In this document: positions 23,560 to 35,948 of the stretch, in pieces
How positions within the stretch are numbered: position 1 is the stretch's first letter
Layout: each line of letters begins with the position of its first letter
Assembly (NCBI GenBank): GCA_016707895.1
Contig: JADJGV010000034.1
Span: forward strand, 565,625-629,624
Reading direction: 5' to 3'
Length of the DNA stretch: 64,000 nt
Source of the DNA: Myxococcales bacterium
Lineage (GTDB): Bacteria > Myxococcota_A > Polyangia > Haliangiales > Haliangiaceae
Made by a program: the position numbers and the translations under genes
The notes under the pieces: model-generated
What the model saw: the letters and a program-made list of their open reading frames with translations, nothing else
What the model was told of the DNA's origin: nothing
Database searches by the model: none

Positions 23560-24389
23560 GGCGTGACGGTACCAGAGTCCGAGGGATCGGTGGCAAGCGG
23601 TTGCGCGATCGTGCCGGTCCAGGCCAGCGCGCCGCCGGCGAGCGTCAGCGCCGCGGCCGCCGCGACCGCGAGGCCCGCGTGGTGATCGATCGCCGCGGCG
23701 ATCGCCGGCAGCGCGCCGGCGCCGATCAGCGCGACGATCAGGTTGTTGGTCGCGTGCAGCGCCACCGCTGGCCAGATCGAGCCGCCGCGCATCGCCAGCA
23801 CGCCGGCGACGCCGCCCAGGATCGCGGTCGCCACCATCCGCGCCGGCTCGAGGTGCAGGACCGCGAAGGCCAGCGTCGACAGCGCGATCGCCAGCGGGCG
23901 GCCGATCGCCGGCGCCAGGCCGCCGGCCAGGAGCCCGCGGTGGGTGAGCTCCTCGCTCACGCTCGGCACGATCACCATCGTGACGATCACCAGCGCCAGC
24001 GACGGGCGGTCGGCGAACAGCCCGGTCGACCAGGCGCGCACCGCTTGATCGCGCTGCGTCCACTCGACCACCGGCGCGGCCGCGTGCAGCGCCAGCAGCC
24101 ACAGCCCCGCGCCGCACACCGCGCCGCCGACGACGGCGCGCAGGCGTGGGCGCCGCAGGCCGAGGTGCGCGGGCGCGACCTCGTGGACGCGCATGATCGC
24201 CAGCGGCACCAGCCCCAGGCCGACCACCTCGGCCGCCGCGCCGCCGACGCGATCGCCGCCGACCAGCAGCGCGGCGCCGAACATCGTCGCCAGCGCCAGC
24301 GCGTACGCGGCGAGCGTGGTGCCGACCGACAGCGGGGCGCCGGCGCCGTGGTACAAGCGACGGGTGAAGTTCTGGGTCGGGCTCGCCAT
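23556..24389 (-). CDS. CPBP-family (CAAX) intramembrane metalloprotease
   Basis: Motifs EELTHRG, FAVLH and HATNN. Start at the internal ATG 24389. Confidence 0.8.
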   Translation of the reverse strand: MASPTQNFTRRLYHGAGAPLSVGTTLAAYALALATMFGAALLVGGDRVGGAAAEVVGLGLVPLAIMRVHEVAPAHLGLRRPRLRAVVGGAVCGAGLWLLALHAAAPVVEWTQRDQAVRAWSTGLFADRPSLALVIVTMVIVPSVSEELTHRGLLAGGLAPAIGRPLAIALSTLAFAVLHLEPARMVATAILGGVAGVLAMRGGSIWPAVALHATNNLIVALIGAGALPAIAAAIDHHAGLAVAAAAALTLAGGALAWTGTIAQPLATDPSDSGTVTP

Positions 24390-24969
24390 CGGCCTAGCGC
24401 TCGGCGCCGCCGCAATGTACCTCGGCCTGCGTCCGCCCTGGCGCACCGCGGGCGCGCCCGCGCCGGTGGCCGTCGCGCCGCCGACCGCGCCCGACGCCGG
24501 CGTGCCGGCCGCGCCGAAGAAGAAGAAGGGCAAGCGCACCAGCACGACGAGCTCGGCCGGTGGCGCGGTCGAGCGCGAGGTCGACGACGACGTCGTCTTG
24601 ACCGACGCCGATCGCAAGGTCGAGTGGCGGGGCGACGCGGTGGCGGCGCCACCGCGCACCCTCGACATGGGCGCGGGCGACGACGCCCGGCCGCTCGATG
24701 ACGGCGAGATCTCCAGCGGCGTCGCGGGCGGATCTCCAGCGGTGGTCGACTGCATCAAGGACGCGGCCGGCGCGGCGCCGCTGTCGGGGCAGGTGACGCT
24801 GCAGATGCTGGTCGGCGCCGACGGCAAGGTCACCAAGACCCGCGTCCGCGCGGCGGTCTACCTCCATGAGCATGGGCTGACCGCGTGCGCGCGGCGCGCG
24901 GCCCGCGGCTTCGACTTCCCCGCGACCGGCGCGCCGACCGTCGTCACCGCCCCGTTCTTCCTGAACTGA
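24364..24969 (+). CDS. membrane-anchored protein with Lys-rich linker and TonB-C-like domain
   Basis: TM helix FWVGLAIGLALGAAAMYLGL, a KKKKGKR linker and a TonB_C-like C-terminal domain. The start is uncertain (GTG 24364 or ATG 24415). Confidence 0.4.
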   Translation: MKFWVGLAIGLALGAAAMYLGLRPPWRTAGAPAPVAVAPPTAPDAGVPAAPKKKKGKRTSTTSSAGGAVEREVDDDVVLTDADRKVEWRGDAVAAPPRTLDMGAGDDARPLDDGEISSGVAGGSPAVVDCIKDAAGAAPLSGQVTLQMLVGADGKVTKTRVRAAVYLHEHGLTACARRAARGFDFPATGAPTVVTAPFFLN

Positions 24970-24998
24970 ATTCCGACGAGGGGTGCCCGCTGCACGCG

Positions 24999-27029
24999 TC
25001 AGGGCGTGCCGGCGCCGTTGGCCCAGTCGGGCGTCGGGCCGGTGCTGCCGCTGCCGGGCGACGCGGTGCCCGATCCCGAGCCGGTCGGCGGCTTGGCCGA
25101 GCCCGATCCGGAACCCGATCCCGAGCCGGTCGGCGGCTTGGCCGAGCCCGATCCGGAACCCGATCCCGAGCCGGTCGGCGGCTTGGCCGAGCCCGAACCC
25201 GAGGCGGATCCGGAACCAGAGCCGGAGTCGGAACCGGATCCGGAGCCGCCGGCGGCGGAGCCGGAACCGGAACCGGAGCCAGCGGCGGAGCCGGAGTCGG
25301 ACCCTGATCCCGAGCCGGCACCGGCGTCGGAGCCCGAGCCGCTGCCGGTCGCGCTGCCGCTGCCGGTGCCCGTCTTGGCGAGATCCATCGTGGCGTCGGT
25401 GGTCGCGGCGAGTTGATCGCCCTCGGCGGCGAACTGGTCCGGCTTGATGACCGTGCTCCACGGCTGGTAGCCGCGCTTGCGCAGGTAGACCCGCACGCCG
25501 CCGGCCTTGGCCGCCTGGGCCTTGGTCAGCGTCACGTCGGCCGGCGTCACCTTGCCGGTCTCGGCACCGTCGACCGCGATCGTCGCGCCGGCCGGCGTCG
25601 ACGTCACGTGGATCATCCGCGGCAGCCCCTCGAGCTTCGCGGTCGCGGTCTTGTCGCCGCCGTTGACCTTGAGCTCGGCGTCCTGGAAGCCCGGGGCGCT
25701 CACCTTGATCGTGAACGGCTTGCCGACCTCGAGGTCGACGGTGAACGGCGCCGGCCCACTGGCGCCGGTCTCGACGACGGTCACGGTGGCCCCAGCGACG
25801 GCGGCCTTGACCACCAGCGGCGCGGTGACCGCCGGGGCGGCGGCCGCGTCGATCGCGACCTCGGCGGTGACGGCAGCGTCGGGGGCCAACGGGGCCATCG
25901 CGTCGATCGCGGCGACCGCGACCTGGGTGCCGGTGGCGGTGCCCGAGGCGGTCGGCGGCGTCGGCGCCTCGTTCTTCTTCTCGGCCTTGCCGCGCAGCAC
26001 GAAGAACCACACGGCGGCGGCCACCAGCGCGGCCGCGAGCAGGCCGATGATCACGGCCGAGGCGCCCTTGCTGGACGTCCCGGGGATCGCGGTCGGCTCG
26101 GCGGGCGCGGCCGTCGCGGTGGCGGCGGGGCGGGCGGCGGCGGTCTTGGCGGCGGCCGCGGTCTTGGCGGCGGCGATCGCCGGCTCATCGACGAGGCGCG
26201 GGGCCGGGCTCGGCGCGGGGGCCGGCGCTGGCGTGGGCGCGGGCGGCGCCTCGGGCACCGGCACCGCGCGCACCACCGGCGCGGTGGTGTCCGCCGGCGA
26301 CGGCTCCGCCGGCGGGGGCGGGGTGGGCGCGGCGAGCTTCTTCTCCGACGCGCGCGCGGCCTTGGCCTCGGCGCGGGCCTCGGCGGCCGCCTCGCCGGCG
26401 GCGGTGGCGGCGACCAGGTCGTCGAGCGCGCGCACCTTGGTCGCTTCCTCGAAGGTCTCCTCGGGGAACTCGTCGGCGTCGCTGTGGAACGGCATCGGCC
26501 GCGGCAGCGGCGTGGTGTCGGTGCGCTCGTCGGCGAACCCCGACTTCGACGGCGCCATCTGGCCCAGCTTGGGCTTGGCGACCTCGGCGGCCGCGGCGGC
26601 CAGGGGAGACGGCGCGACCCGCGTCGGCGCGTCCATGAAGTTCTTGTTGGGCGGCGGCTCGGTGTTGCCCGACGACGTCGATGGCTGCTTGGCCTTCTCG
26701 GCGAGGATGCGATCGAGGATCGGCTGGCTGCCGTCGCCCAGCCGGTCGAAGCGCACGCCCATGCCGGGCGCGGCGTTGGGGCGGGCCGGATCGTTCTCGC
26801 GGGTCCAGACGACGGTGCCGTCGCCGGTGATCAGCGGCGTCGCGTCGCGGAGCTGGAACTCGAACCGCATCTGGGTGCCGACGGCCAGCGGCTCCTTGGT
26901 CCGGATGAAGATGCCGCCGGGGCTCACGTCGGCGGCGTAGCGCTCGATGAACTGATCCAGGGTCGCGCTCTTGAACTTGATCTTGAGCGTGACCGGCGCG
27001 CGCTTGGCTTGACGGGTGTTGGGATCCAC
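24999..27029 (-). CDS. PilZ-domain membrane protein with two PEGA domains and Gly/Ser-rich C-terminal repeats
   Basis: N-terminal PilZ-like domain, an Ala/Pro-rich region, a TM helix, two PEGA-like beta domains and a ([13 protein letters not shown])x3 tail. Confidence 0.8.
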   Translation of the reverse strand: MDPNTRQAKRAPVTLKIKFKSATLDQFIERYAADVSPGGIFIRTKEPLAVGTQMRFEFQLRDATPLITGDGTVVWTRENDPARPNAAPGMGVRFDRLGDGSQPILDRILAEKAKQPSTSSGNTEPPPNKNFMDAPTRVAPSPLAAAAAEVAKPKLGQMAPSKSGFADERTDTTPLPRPMPFHSDADEFPEETFEEATKVRALDDLVAATAAGEAAAEARAEAKAARASEKKLAAPTPPPPAEPSPADTTAPVVRAVPVPEAPPAPTPAPAPAPSPAPRLVDEPAIAAAKTAAAAKTAAARPAATATAAPAEPTAIPGTSSKGASAVIIGLLAAALVAAAVWFFVLRGKAEKKNEAPTPPTASGTATGTQVAVAAIDAMAPLAPDAAVTAEVAIDAAAAPAVTAPLVVKAAVAGATVTVVETGASGPAPFTVDLEVGKPFTIKVSAPGFQDAELKVNGGDKTATAKLEGLPRMIHVTSTPAGATIAVDGAETGKVTPADVTLTKAQAAKAGGVRVYLRKRGYQPWSTVIKPDQFAAEGDQLAATTDATMDLAKTGTGSGSATGSGSGSDAGAGSGSGSDSGSAAGSGSGSGSAAGGSGSGSDSGSGSGSASGSGSAKPPTGSGSGSGSGSAKPPTGSGSGSGSGSAKPPTGSGSGTASPGSGSTGPTPDWANGAGTP
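25071..25205. repeat. about 2.7 copies of a 45-bp tandem repeat inside the PilZ-PEGA gene (encodes [13 protein letters not shown] repeats)
   Basis: Unit GATCCCGAGCCGGTCGGCGGCTTGGCCGAGCCCGATCCGGAACCC repeated head-to-tail. Confidence 0.7.
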
Positions 27030-27121
27030 CAGGGTTCTCCAGAAGTCGACGGCTGTGGGTCGAACGACGATTCCCGCCGTCGGTCGAAACGCAACGCGCC
27101 GAGATGTTTCATCTTAGGAGC

Positions 27122-28864
27122 ATGACCCGCGTGATTGCAACGCGCTCGGCCGCCGAGCGCACCACGACTCGCGTCGCCCACCCGAGCCCACACGCCGCCG
27201 CCTCGCTGGCCTTCGCCGTCGGGCTGGTCGGCGCCGCCGCCACCGCGCGCGCCCAGGGCGCGGTCGCCGCCGACGATCCCCGCGCCACCGCGGTGGGCGC
27301 CGCGGTGCTGGCCGACGGCGGCACCGCCGCCGACGCCGCGGTCGCCACCGCCCTGGCGCTGGGCGTGGTGAACCCGGCCTCGTCCGGGATCGGCGGCGGC
27401 GGGTTCGCGATCGTCTACGACGCCGCCACTGGCCAGACCTACGCCTTCGACTTCCGCGAGGTGGCGCCGGCCGCGCTCGACCCTGGCGACTTCGTCGTCG
27501 ATGGCGCGGTCGATCCCATGCGCGCGCGGCGCGGCGGGCTGGCGGTCGGTGTGCCGGGCGAGGTCGCCGGCCTGACGCTCCTGACCGAGCGGTTCGGGCG
27601 CCTGAGCTGGCGCCGGCTGGTGGCGCCGGCGATGCGGCTGGCCCGCGAGGGCTCGCCGACCTCGGCCTTCATGAGCCAGGCCGCGGCCCGCGTGGTGCCG
27701 ACCCTGCCCGACGAGCCCGCGTTCGCGCCGCTGCGCGCGCTGCTCACCGTCGACGGCGCGCCGCGCCCGGTCGGCGCGCCGCTCGTGCGGCCGGCGCTGG
27801 CCGCGACCCTGGGCGCGCTGAGCCGCGACCGCCGCGCGCTGGCCACCGGACCGATCGCCGACGATCTGGTCGCCACCGCGGCCGCCGCCGGCGGGGTGAT
27901 CACCACCGCCGATCTGGCCGCCTATCAGGTGGCCGAGCGCGCGCCGCTCGACGGGCGCTGGCGCGGCCACCGCCTGGCGACCATGCCGATCCCGTCGTCG
28001 GGTGGCGTCGTGCTGCTCGAGGCGCTGGCCATCATCGACGGCGCCGGCGTCGATCTGGCGACGCTGGGCGCCAGCTCACCAGCGGCGCTGCACGTGATCG
28101 TCGAGGCGCTCAAGCACGGCTTCGCCGATCGCGCGCGCGCGCTGGGCGACACCGACGCCGGGCGGGCCGCGGCGCGGGCGATGCTCGCGCCGGCGCGGCT
28201 CGCAGCGTTGGCCCGCGCCGTCGATCGCGATCGCACGCTGCCCAGCGCGCGCTACGGCGAGCCGGCGCCGGTGGTGACGCCAAGGCCGGGCGGCACCAGC
28301 CACGTCTGCGTCGTCGATCGCGACGGCAACGCGGTCGCGCTCACCACCACCGTCAACGGCTACTACGGCGCCAAGCTGGTGACCCCGACCGGCCTCGTGC
28401 TCAACAACCAGATCGACGACTTCGCCGTGGCGGTCGACGCCAGCAACATGTACGGGCTGCGCCAGGGCGCCGAGAACCTGGTCGGCCCCGGCAAGCGGCC
28501 GCTGTCGTCGATGACCCCGGTGCTGGTGATCGACGGCGACCGCGTGGTCGGCTGTGTCGGCGGCTCGGGCGGGCCGCGCATCATCTCCAACACGCTGCAG
28601 GTGCTGCTCGATCTGTTCGTGTTCGGGCTCGACCCGGCGACCGCGGTGGCGGCGCCACGGATCCACCACCAGTGGCAGCCCGACGTGCTGGTCGTCGAGC
28701 CCGAGTTGCCGGCGGCGACCCGCGCGGCGCTGGCGGCGCGCGGCCACCAGGTCGAGGTGGCCGACGACATCACCGCGGTGCAGGCGATCCGGGTCGGCCC
28801 GGCCGGCGCGGTCGGCGCCAGCGACCCGCGCAAGAACGGCGCGCGCGCGGCCGCGGCGCGCTAG
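27122..28864 (+). CDS. ggt: gamma-glutamyltranspeptidase
   Basis: GGT family (Thr nucleophile, GGG/SMTP motifs) with a secretion signal. The start is ATG 27122 or 27104. Confidence 0.9.
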   Translation: MTRVIATRSAAERTTTRVAHPSPHAAASLAFAVGLVGAAATARAQGAVAADDPRATAVGAAVLADGGTAADAAVATALALGVVNPASSGIGGGGFAIVYDAATGQTYAFDFREVAPAALDPGDFVVDGAVDPMRARRGGLAVGVPGEVAGLTLLTERFGRLSWRRLVAPAMRLAREGSPTSAFMSQAAARVVPTLPDEPAFAPLRALLTVDGAPRPVGAPLVRPALAATLGALSRDRRALATGPIADDLVATAAAAGGVITTADLAAYQVAERAPLDGRWRGHRLATMPIPSSGGVVLLEALAIIDGAGVDLATLGASSPAALHVIVEALKHGFADRARALGDTDAGRAAARAMLAPARLAALARAVDRDRTLPSARYGEPAPVVTPRPGGTSHVCVVDRDGNAVALTTTVNGYYGAKLVTPTGLVLNNQIDDFAVAVDASNMYGLRQGAENLVGPGKRPLSSMTPVLVIDGDRVVGCVGGSGGPRIISNTLQVLLDLFVFGLDPATAVAAPRIHHQWQPDVLVVEPELPAATRAALAARGHQVEVADDITAVQAIRVGPAGAVGASDPRKNGARAAAAR

Positions 28865-28873
28865 ATTCACGGC

Positions 28874-29392
28874 ATGTCGCCTCGCTGGATCACCGCGGCC
28901 TGGTGTGGGCTGGCGGCCGCGCTGCTGATCGCCGCAGCGTTGTCGTCGCGCTGGCTGGTCGCGGACGTCGCTGGTCTGGGCGCCTCGGTGTCCGCGCGCA
29001 TCGGGCTCACCAGCGTCAAGGTGTGCGCGTCGACCTTGGGCGACGCGCAGTGCCAGGAGGTGGCGTGGTCGCAGCTGCCCGGCCAGGTCGAGGGCAGCGG
29101 CTGGATGTGGATCGGCCGCGCCACCTTCGCGCTGTGCCTGATCGCCGCGCTCGGCTTGATCGCGCTGGGCGGCATGGCGGTCGCCGAGCTCGAGGTCCAG
29201 CTGCCGATCCCGGCCCCGCGGCTGGTGCTGTGGCCATGTCTGGCGCTCTTGCCGTTCATCGGCGCGTACTACCTGTTCCCGCCGCGCGCGTTCAGCGAGC
29301 TGGCCGCCGGGCGCGGCTTCGCGTTCGGCGTCGTCGGCGGTCTGCTCGGTGCATTCGCGGCGTGGCGCCAGCTCAAGGACGACTGGCGCTAG
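28874..29392 (+). CDS. hypothetical membrane protein
   Basis: Four predicted TM segments. It lies 10 nt downstream of ggt. Confidence 0.45.
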   Translation: MSPRWITAAWCGLAAALLIAAALSSRWLVADVAGLGASVSARIGLTSVKVCASTLGDAQCQEVAWSQLPGQVEGSGWMWIGRATFALCLIAALGLIALGGMAVAELEVQLPIPAPRLVLWPCLALLPFIGAYYLFPPRAFSELAAGRGFAFGVVGGLLGAFAAWRQLKDDWR

Positions 29393-30732
29393 CGGCGCCC
29401 CGCCTTCGCGGATCCCCGCATTCTGCTTGCCGGTGGGGCCTTGGCTCGGCGGCGCCGGCGTGCGGTCGGCGGCGCCTCGACCTGGCCGCCCACCTGAGCC
29501 GGAGCCACCGCGACCTCACCTCCCGCAGGGGACGGCGCCACCGCGGCTTCGCCGCCCGCAGGACGCGGCGGCCCCGCTTTCCCGTCTCCCACGTGGGACG
29601 GCGGCGCCCCATACGGTCGCCCGTCGGCGTGCGTGACCCGCAGCTTGCCAGGTGCGGTGCCGACGATCCGCAGCCGGCCATCATGCGCGGCCTTGTGATG
29701 CGCCGAGCACAGCACCGCCAGCTTGGTCGGCGTGTGATCGCCGCCCGCCACCCGCGGGACGATGTGGTGCACGTCGACGTACCGCGCGTTGCGGCACCCC
29801 GGCACCACGCACCGCCCGCGATCCCGCCGCAGCACCGCACGCCGGGTCCGCGGCGGGATCGTCTTGGTCACCCGCGCGGGCTTGTCGCCGTCGACCCGCC
29901 CCAGCAGCTCGGCGTCGCACGACGCCTGCGCCAGCTCCGTCTCGCTGATCTCGATCGTGTGCCCAGCGACGTCCTGCCACGCGCGCATGCAGTCGGGGCA
30001 CCGCGTGATCGCGATCTGATACATGGGCCTGGACGCCGCCGCGGCGTCTCCCTCGTGCGACGCCGCCGCGGCATCTCCCACGTGGGAGCCGGCGCCCGCC
30101 AGCTGCCCATCGCACAACGTCGCGATGAGGTCGCCGTCGGTCAGCGGGTGCCCGCACGCCGCCTCCAGCGCGCGCCGTGCTGCGGTGAACTTGCCCAGCA
30201 CCGCCGCGGGCAGCAGCAGCCGCAGCTCGTGCAGCCGCGCGGCGGGATCCGGCGGATCGTCCGGCGAGTCGCCCCGCCGGCGCCCGCTCACCATGTCCTC
30301 GATCTCCCGCACGGTGTGCTTGGCCGCCGCGGTCAGCCACGCCGCCTCGGTGTCGACGGTGGCGACCCGGGTCAGCTCGCGCGCCGCGCTGTACGCGACG
30401 TCGCCCGCGCTCATCGCCGCGCGCAGCTTCGGCAACGCCGCGAGCGCGTCGGCCACCCGCAAGCGCTCGCGCGCCGGTCCCGGCGCGTAGCCCAGCACGC
30501 GCTCGACGTACTCGAAGAACGTCGCGAAGCCCAGCTCGCGATGGACGCCGAGCGCCCGCGCGCGCCGCAGCCACGCGGCCTCCTCGACGTCGAGCGCCGC
30601 CCGCCGCCGCGCCAGCCCGCGCAACATCCGATCGACGTCGCGCCAGTCGTCCACGCCGGCCGCCGCGCCCGCCGCGCCCGCCGCCGCCGCCACCTCGCCC
30701 ACCTTCTGTTCGCCCGCTGCCCCGTCCACCAT
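29389..30732 (-). CDS. HNH endonuclease with DUF222 N-terminal domain
   Basis: HNH motif (RDRGRCVVPGC...VDVHHIVPRVAGGDHTPTKLAVLCSAHHKAAHDG) and a DUF222-like N-terminus. Start at ATG 30732, in frame within the 29389..31698 ORF. Confidence 0.8.
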   Translation of the reverse strand: MVDGAAGEQKVGEVAAAAGAAGAAAGVDDWRDVDRMLRGLARRRAALDVEEAAWLRRARALGVHRELGFATFFEYVERVLGYAPGPARERLRVADALAALPKLRAAMSAGDVAYSAARELTRVATVDTEAAWLTAAAKHTVREIEDMVSGRRRGDSPDDPPDPAARLHELRLLLPAAVLGKFTAARRALEAACGHPLTDGDLIATLCDGQLAGAGSHVGDAAAASHEGDAAAASRPMYQIAITRCPDCMRAWQDVAGHTIEISETELAQASCDAELLGRVDGDKPARVTKTIPPRTRRAVLRRDRGRCVVPGCRNARYVDVHHIVPRVAGGDHTPTKLAVLCSAHHKAAHDGRLRIVGTAPGKLRVTHADGRPYGAPPSHVGDGKAGPPRPAGGEAAVAPSPAGGEVAVAPAQVGGQVEAPPTARRRRRAKAPPASRMRGSAKAGRR

Positions 30733-30789
30733 ACCCAGCCCCTCAGCAAGCCGCGCGCCAGCCGTAACCCTGCGACGCCTGGCGCCGCG

Positions 30790-30871
30790 TGTCCGAATCT
30801 CGGACAAAATGGCCGGATTCGTCCGGCGTTCCGGCCATCCCCGGACAGCCACGGCTGTCCGGCGCCGGACA
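30790..30871. promoter_or_regulatory. array of four TCCGG-core palindromes upstream of the HNH endonuclease gene
   Basis: TGTCCGAATCTCGGACA (30790-30806), GCCGGATTCGTCCGGC (30812-30827), CCGGACAGCCACGGCTGTCCGG (30841-30862), TGTCCGGCGCCGGACA (30856-30871). Confidence 0.5.
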
Positions 30872-30935
30872 CCGCCAGCCCGCGCACGTCGACGCAGCCC
30901 GCTCCGTGACCCGCATCGGCGCCAGCCGCGCCGCG

Positions 30936-31865
30936 CTACTTGCGCGCGACGAAGTCGATCGACGTGATCGCCAGCTGCTCGCGGGTGTACTTCGCGAACT
31001 CGGGGTGCACCTTGATCTTGTCGAGCTGCGCCAGCCGCTCGGGCTTGGCCCGCGAGGTGTCGAGCGCGATCGTGAACCCAGCGGCCTTGGCCAGGTCGGT
31101 GAAGTCGGGCGCGCGCAGCCGGTTCTGGTACAGGAACCGGTTCTGCCACTTGGCCCAGCGCGCCGACGAGTACGACAGGTAGTGCAGCTGGTTGATGGCG
31201 TCGTCGCCGTAGGCGTAGTGATCGCCGCAGTTGACGCCGTGGATCATCACGCCCCCCGCGGGCAAGAGCCGGCGCGCCTCGGCGAAGATCGCCGCGATCA
31301 CCGGCCCCGGCACGTGCTCGAGCACGCTGTTGGAGAAGACGACGTCGATCGACCCGTCGGCCAGCGAGGTCGCGCTGGCGTCGGCCGGCGCGTGGTACTC
31401 GACCACGCCGTCGGTGGCGGCGGTGACGTCGGCGCCGCTGGCCAGCGCCCGCGCCACCTTGGCCAGCCGGTGCTCGACGTCGCCGGCGCCGACGCCAGCG
31501 GTCGACGCCAGCACCTCGATGTGGGCCGGGCGGGCCAGCACCTCGACGCACTGCCGGGTCAGCTCGGGCCGCAGGTAGCGGTTGAGATCGACCGTCACGA
31601 TCTTCGCCGCGCCCGCCGCGTACAGCGCGAACGGGAACAGCGTGTACCAGCCGGTGCCGATCTCGAGCATCCGTGCGCCCGGCACCTTGGCGCCGCACCG
31701 CGCGAGCATGTCGACCATCACCCGCCAGTCGTCGACCTTGATCGTCATCTCGCGGGTGACGTCGCGCAAGCCGCCGGCCTTGCGCTGTAGCTGGTAGTGC
31801 AGGTCGTCGCCCCGGGGGACCACCCCGAGGACCTTCTGGATCGCGCCCTTGATGCGCCAGTGCAT
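30936..31865 (-). CDS. class I SAM-dependent methyltransferase
   Basis: Rossmann motif I (LEIGTGWY) and a post-I acidic residue. There are no DNA-MTase (DPPY) motifs. Confidence 0.85.
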   Translation of the reverse strand: MHWRIKGAIQKVLGVVPRGDDLHYQLQRKAGGLRDVTREMTIKVDDWRVMVDMLARCGAKVPGARMLEIGTGWYTLFPFALYAAGAAKIVTVDLNRYLRPELTRQCVEVLARPAHIEVLASTAGVGAGDVEHRLAKVARALASGADVTAATDGVVEYHAPADASATSLADGSIDVVFSNSVLEHVPGPVIAAIFAEARRLLPAGGVMIHGVNCGDHYAYGDDAINQLHYLSYSSARWAKWQNRFLYQNRLRAPDFTDLAKAAGFTIALDTSRAKPERLAQLDKIKVHPEFAKYTREQLAITSIDFVARK

Positions 31866-31934
31866 GGGCCGCGCACCTTACACGAACCGCGCTCGATCTC
31901 CCACGCCGGCACCCCGGTGATACCTTCCGCGCCG

Positions 31935-33466
<1,532 letters not shown>

Positions 33467-33467
<1 letters not shown>

Positions 33468-34003
33468 TGCGCGGCGCGGCCGTGGCGGCGGCGGCGCTGG
33501 TGGCGTGCGGCCGCATCGACTACGACCCGGTCATCGACGGCGGCGCCGACGGCGACGCCGCGACCGACGCGCTGCCCGCGTGCACCGCGCCGTACGCCGT
33601 GATCGGCGGCTCGTGCTACCGCATGGTCGAGGTGCCGGCGAGCTGGGACGCGGCCCAGGCCGCCTGCGAGGCCGATGGCGCGCACCTGGTGATCGTCGGC
33701 TCGGTCGCCGAGCACGACGTCGTCCACGGCCTCCTGACCGACGCCGGCGTCACCGGCGGCTGGGTCGGCGCCAGCGATCGCGTCGCCGAGGACAGCTGGC
33801 GCTGGGTCGGCGCCGGCGGCGTCGACCTGCTGGCCGATCAGTGCTTCTTCGGCGCCGGCGGCCCGGCGAACTCGGCGGTGCTCGACTGCGTCGCCAGCTT
33901 CGCCACCAACTTCTGCGGCGACTACACGCTGTTCCTGTGCAGCGACAGCCACCCGTACGTGTGCGAGCGCGACGGCGTGGCGATCGATCGCGCCGCGTTC
34001 TGA
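33467..34003 (+). CDS. C-type lectin-like domain lipoprotein
   Basis: LVAC lipobox and a CTLD-like Cys/Trp pattern (GSCYR...WDAAQAACEADGAHL...WVGASD...WRWV...DCV...YVCE). The ATG overlaps the accC stop (TGATG). Confidence 0.6.
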
Positions 34004-34180
34004 CGCCGCCGCGCGCGGCCCGGCGCCGGTCCGCACGGGCGTGGCGATCGCTGGCGGGAGGATCGAGCATACGCCCGCGCGCGACGCGGTCAACGACGAA
34101 GCGCGCGGTGAAACCGCGCGGGTGACGATCGCGCGCGCTCGTGCGCATCGGCGATTGCCAAGCGGGTGCGCGATGGGTAG

Positions 34181-35854
<1,674 letters not shown>

Positions 35855-35862
35855 ACTCCCTG

Positions 35863-35935
35863 GAAGGGGCTTTCGCAAAGCCCCTTCCCCGTCGGGGGCA
35901 TGCCCCGACGGGGCCCCAACCCGAACCGCGAGAGC
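35863..35935. repeat. composite intergenic element: family-A hairpin plus family-B REP-like motif, downstream of pyrG
   Basis: GAAGGGGCTTTCGCAAAGCCCCTTC followed by CCCGTCGGGGGCATGCCCCGACGGGGCCCCAACCCGAACCGCGAG. Family-B copies lie at about 52399-52448 and 57680-57716. Confidence 0.6.
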
Positions 35936-35948
35936 CCACAGCCCCGCC

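Noticed and set aside
29681-30574. 297-aa ORF in an alternative frame of the HNH region
   Set aside because: The HNH and DUF222 motifs read cleanly in the 29389..30732 frame. This frame gives Arg/Ala low complexity.
30936-31865. methyltransferase as part of a restriction-modification system with the HNH nuclease
   Set aside because: The MTase has a small-molecule/class-I Rossmann fold without DNA-MTase target-recognition or DPPY/PCQ motifs. A 203-bp structured gap separates the genes.
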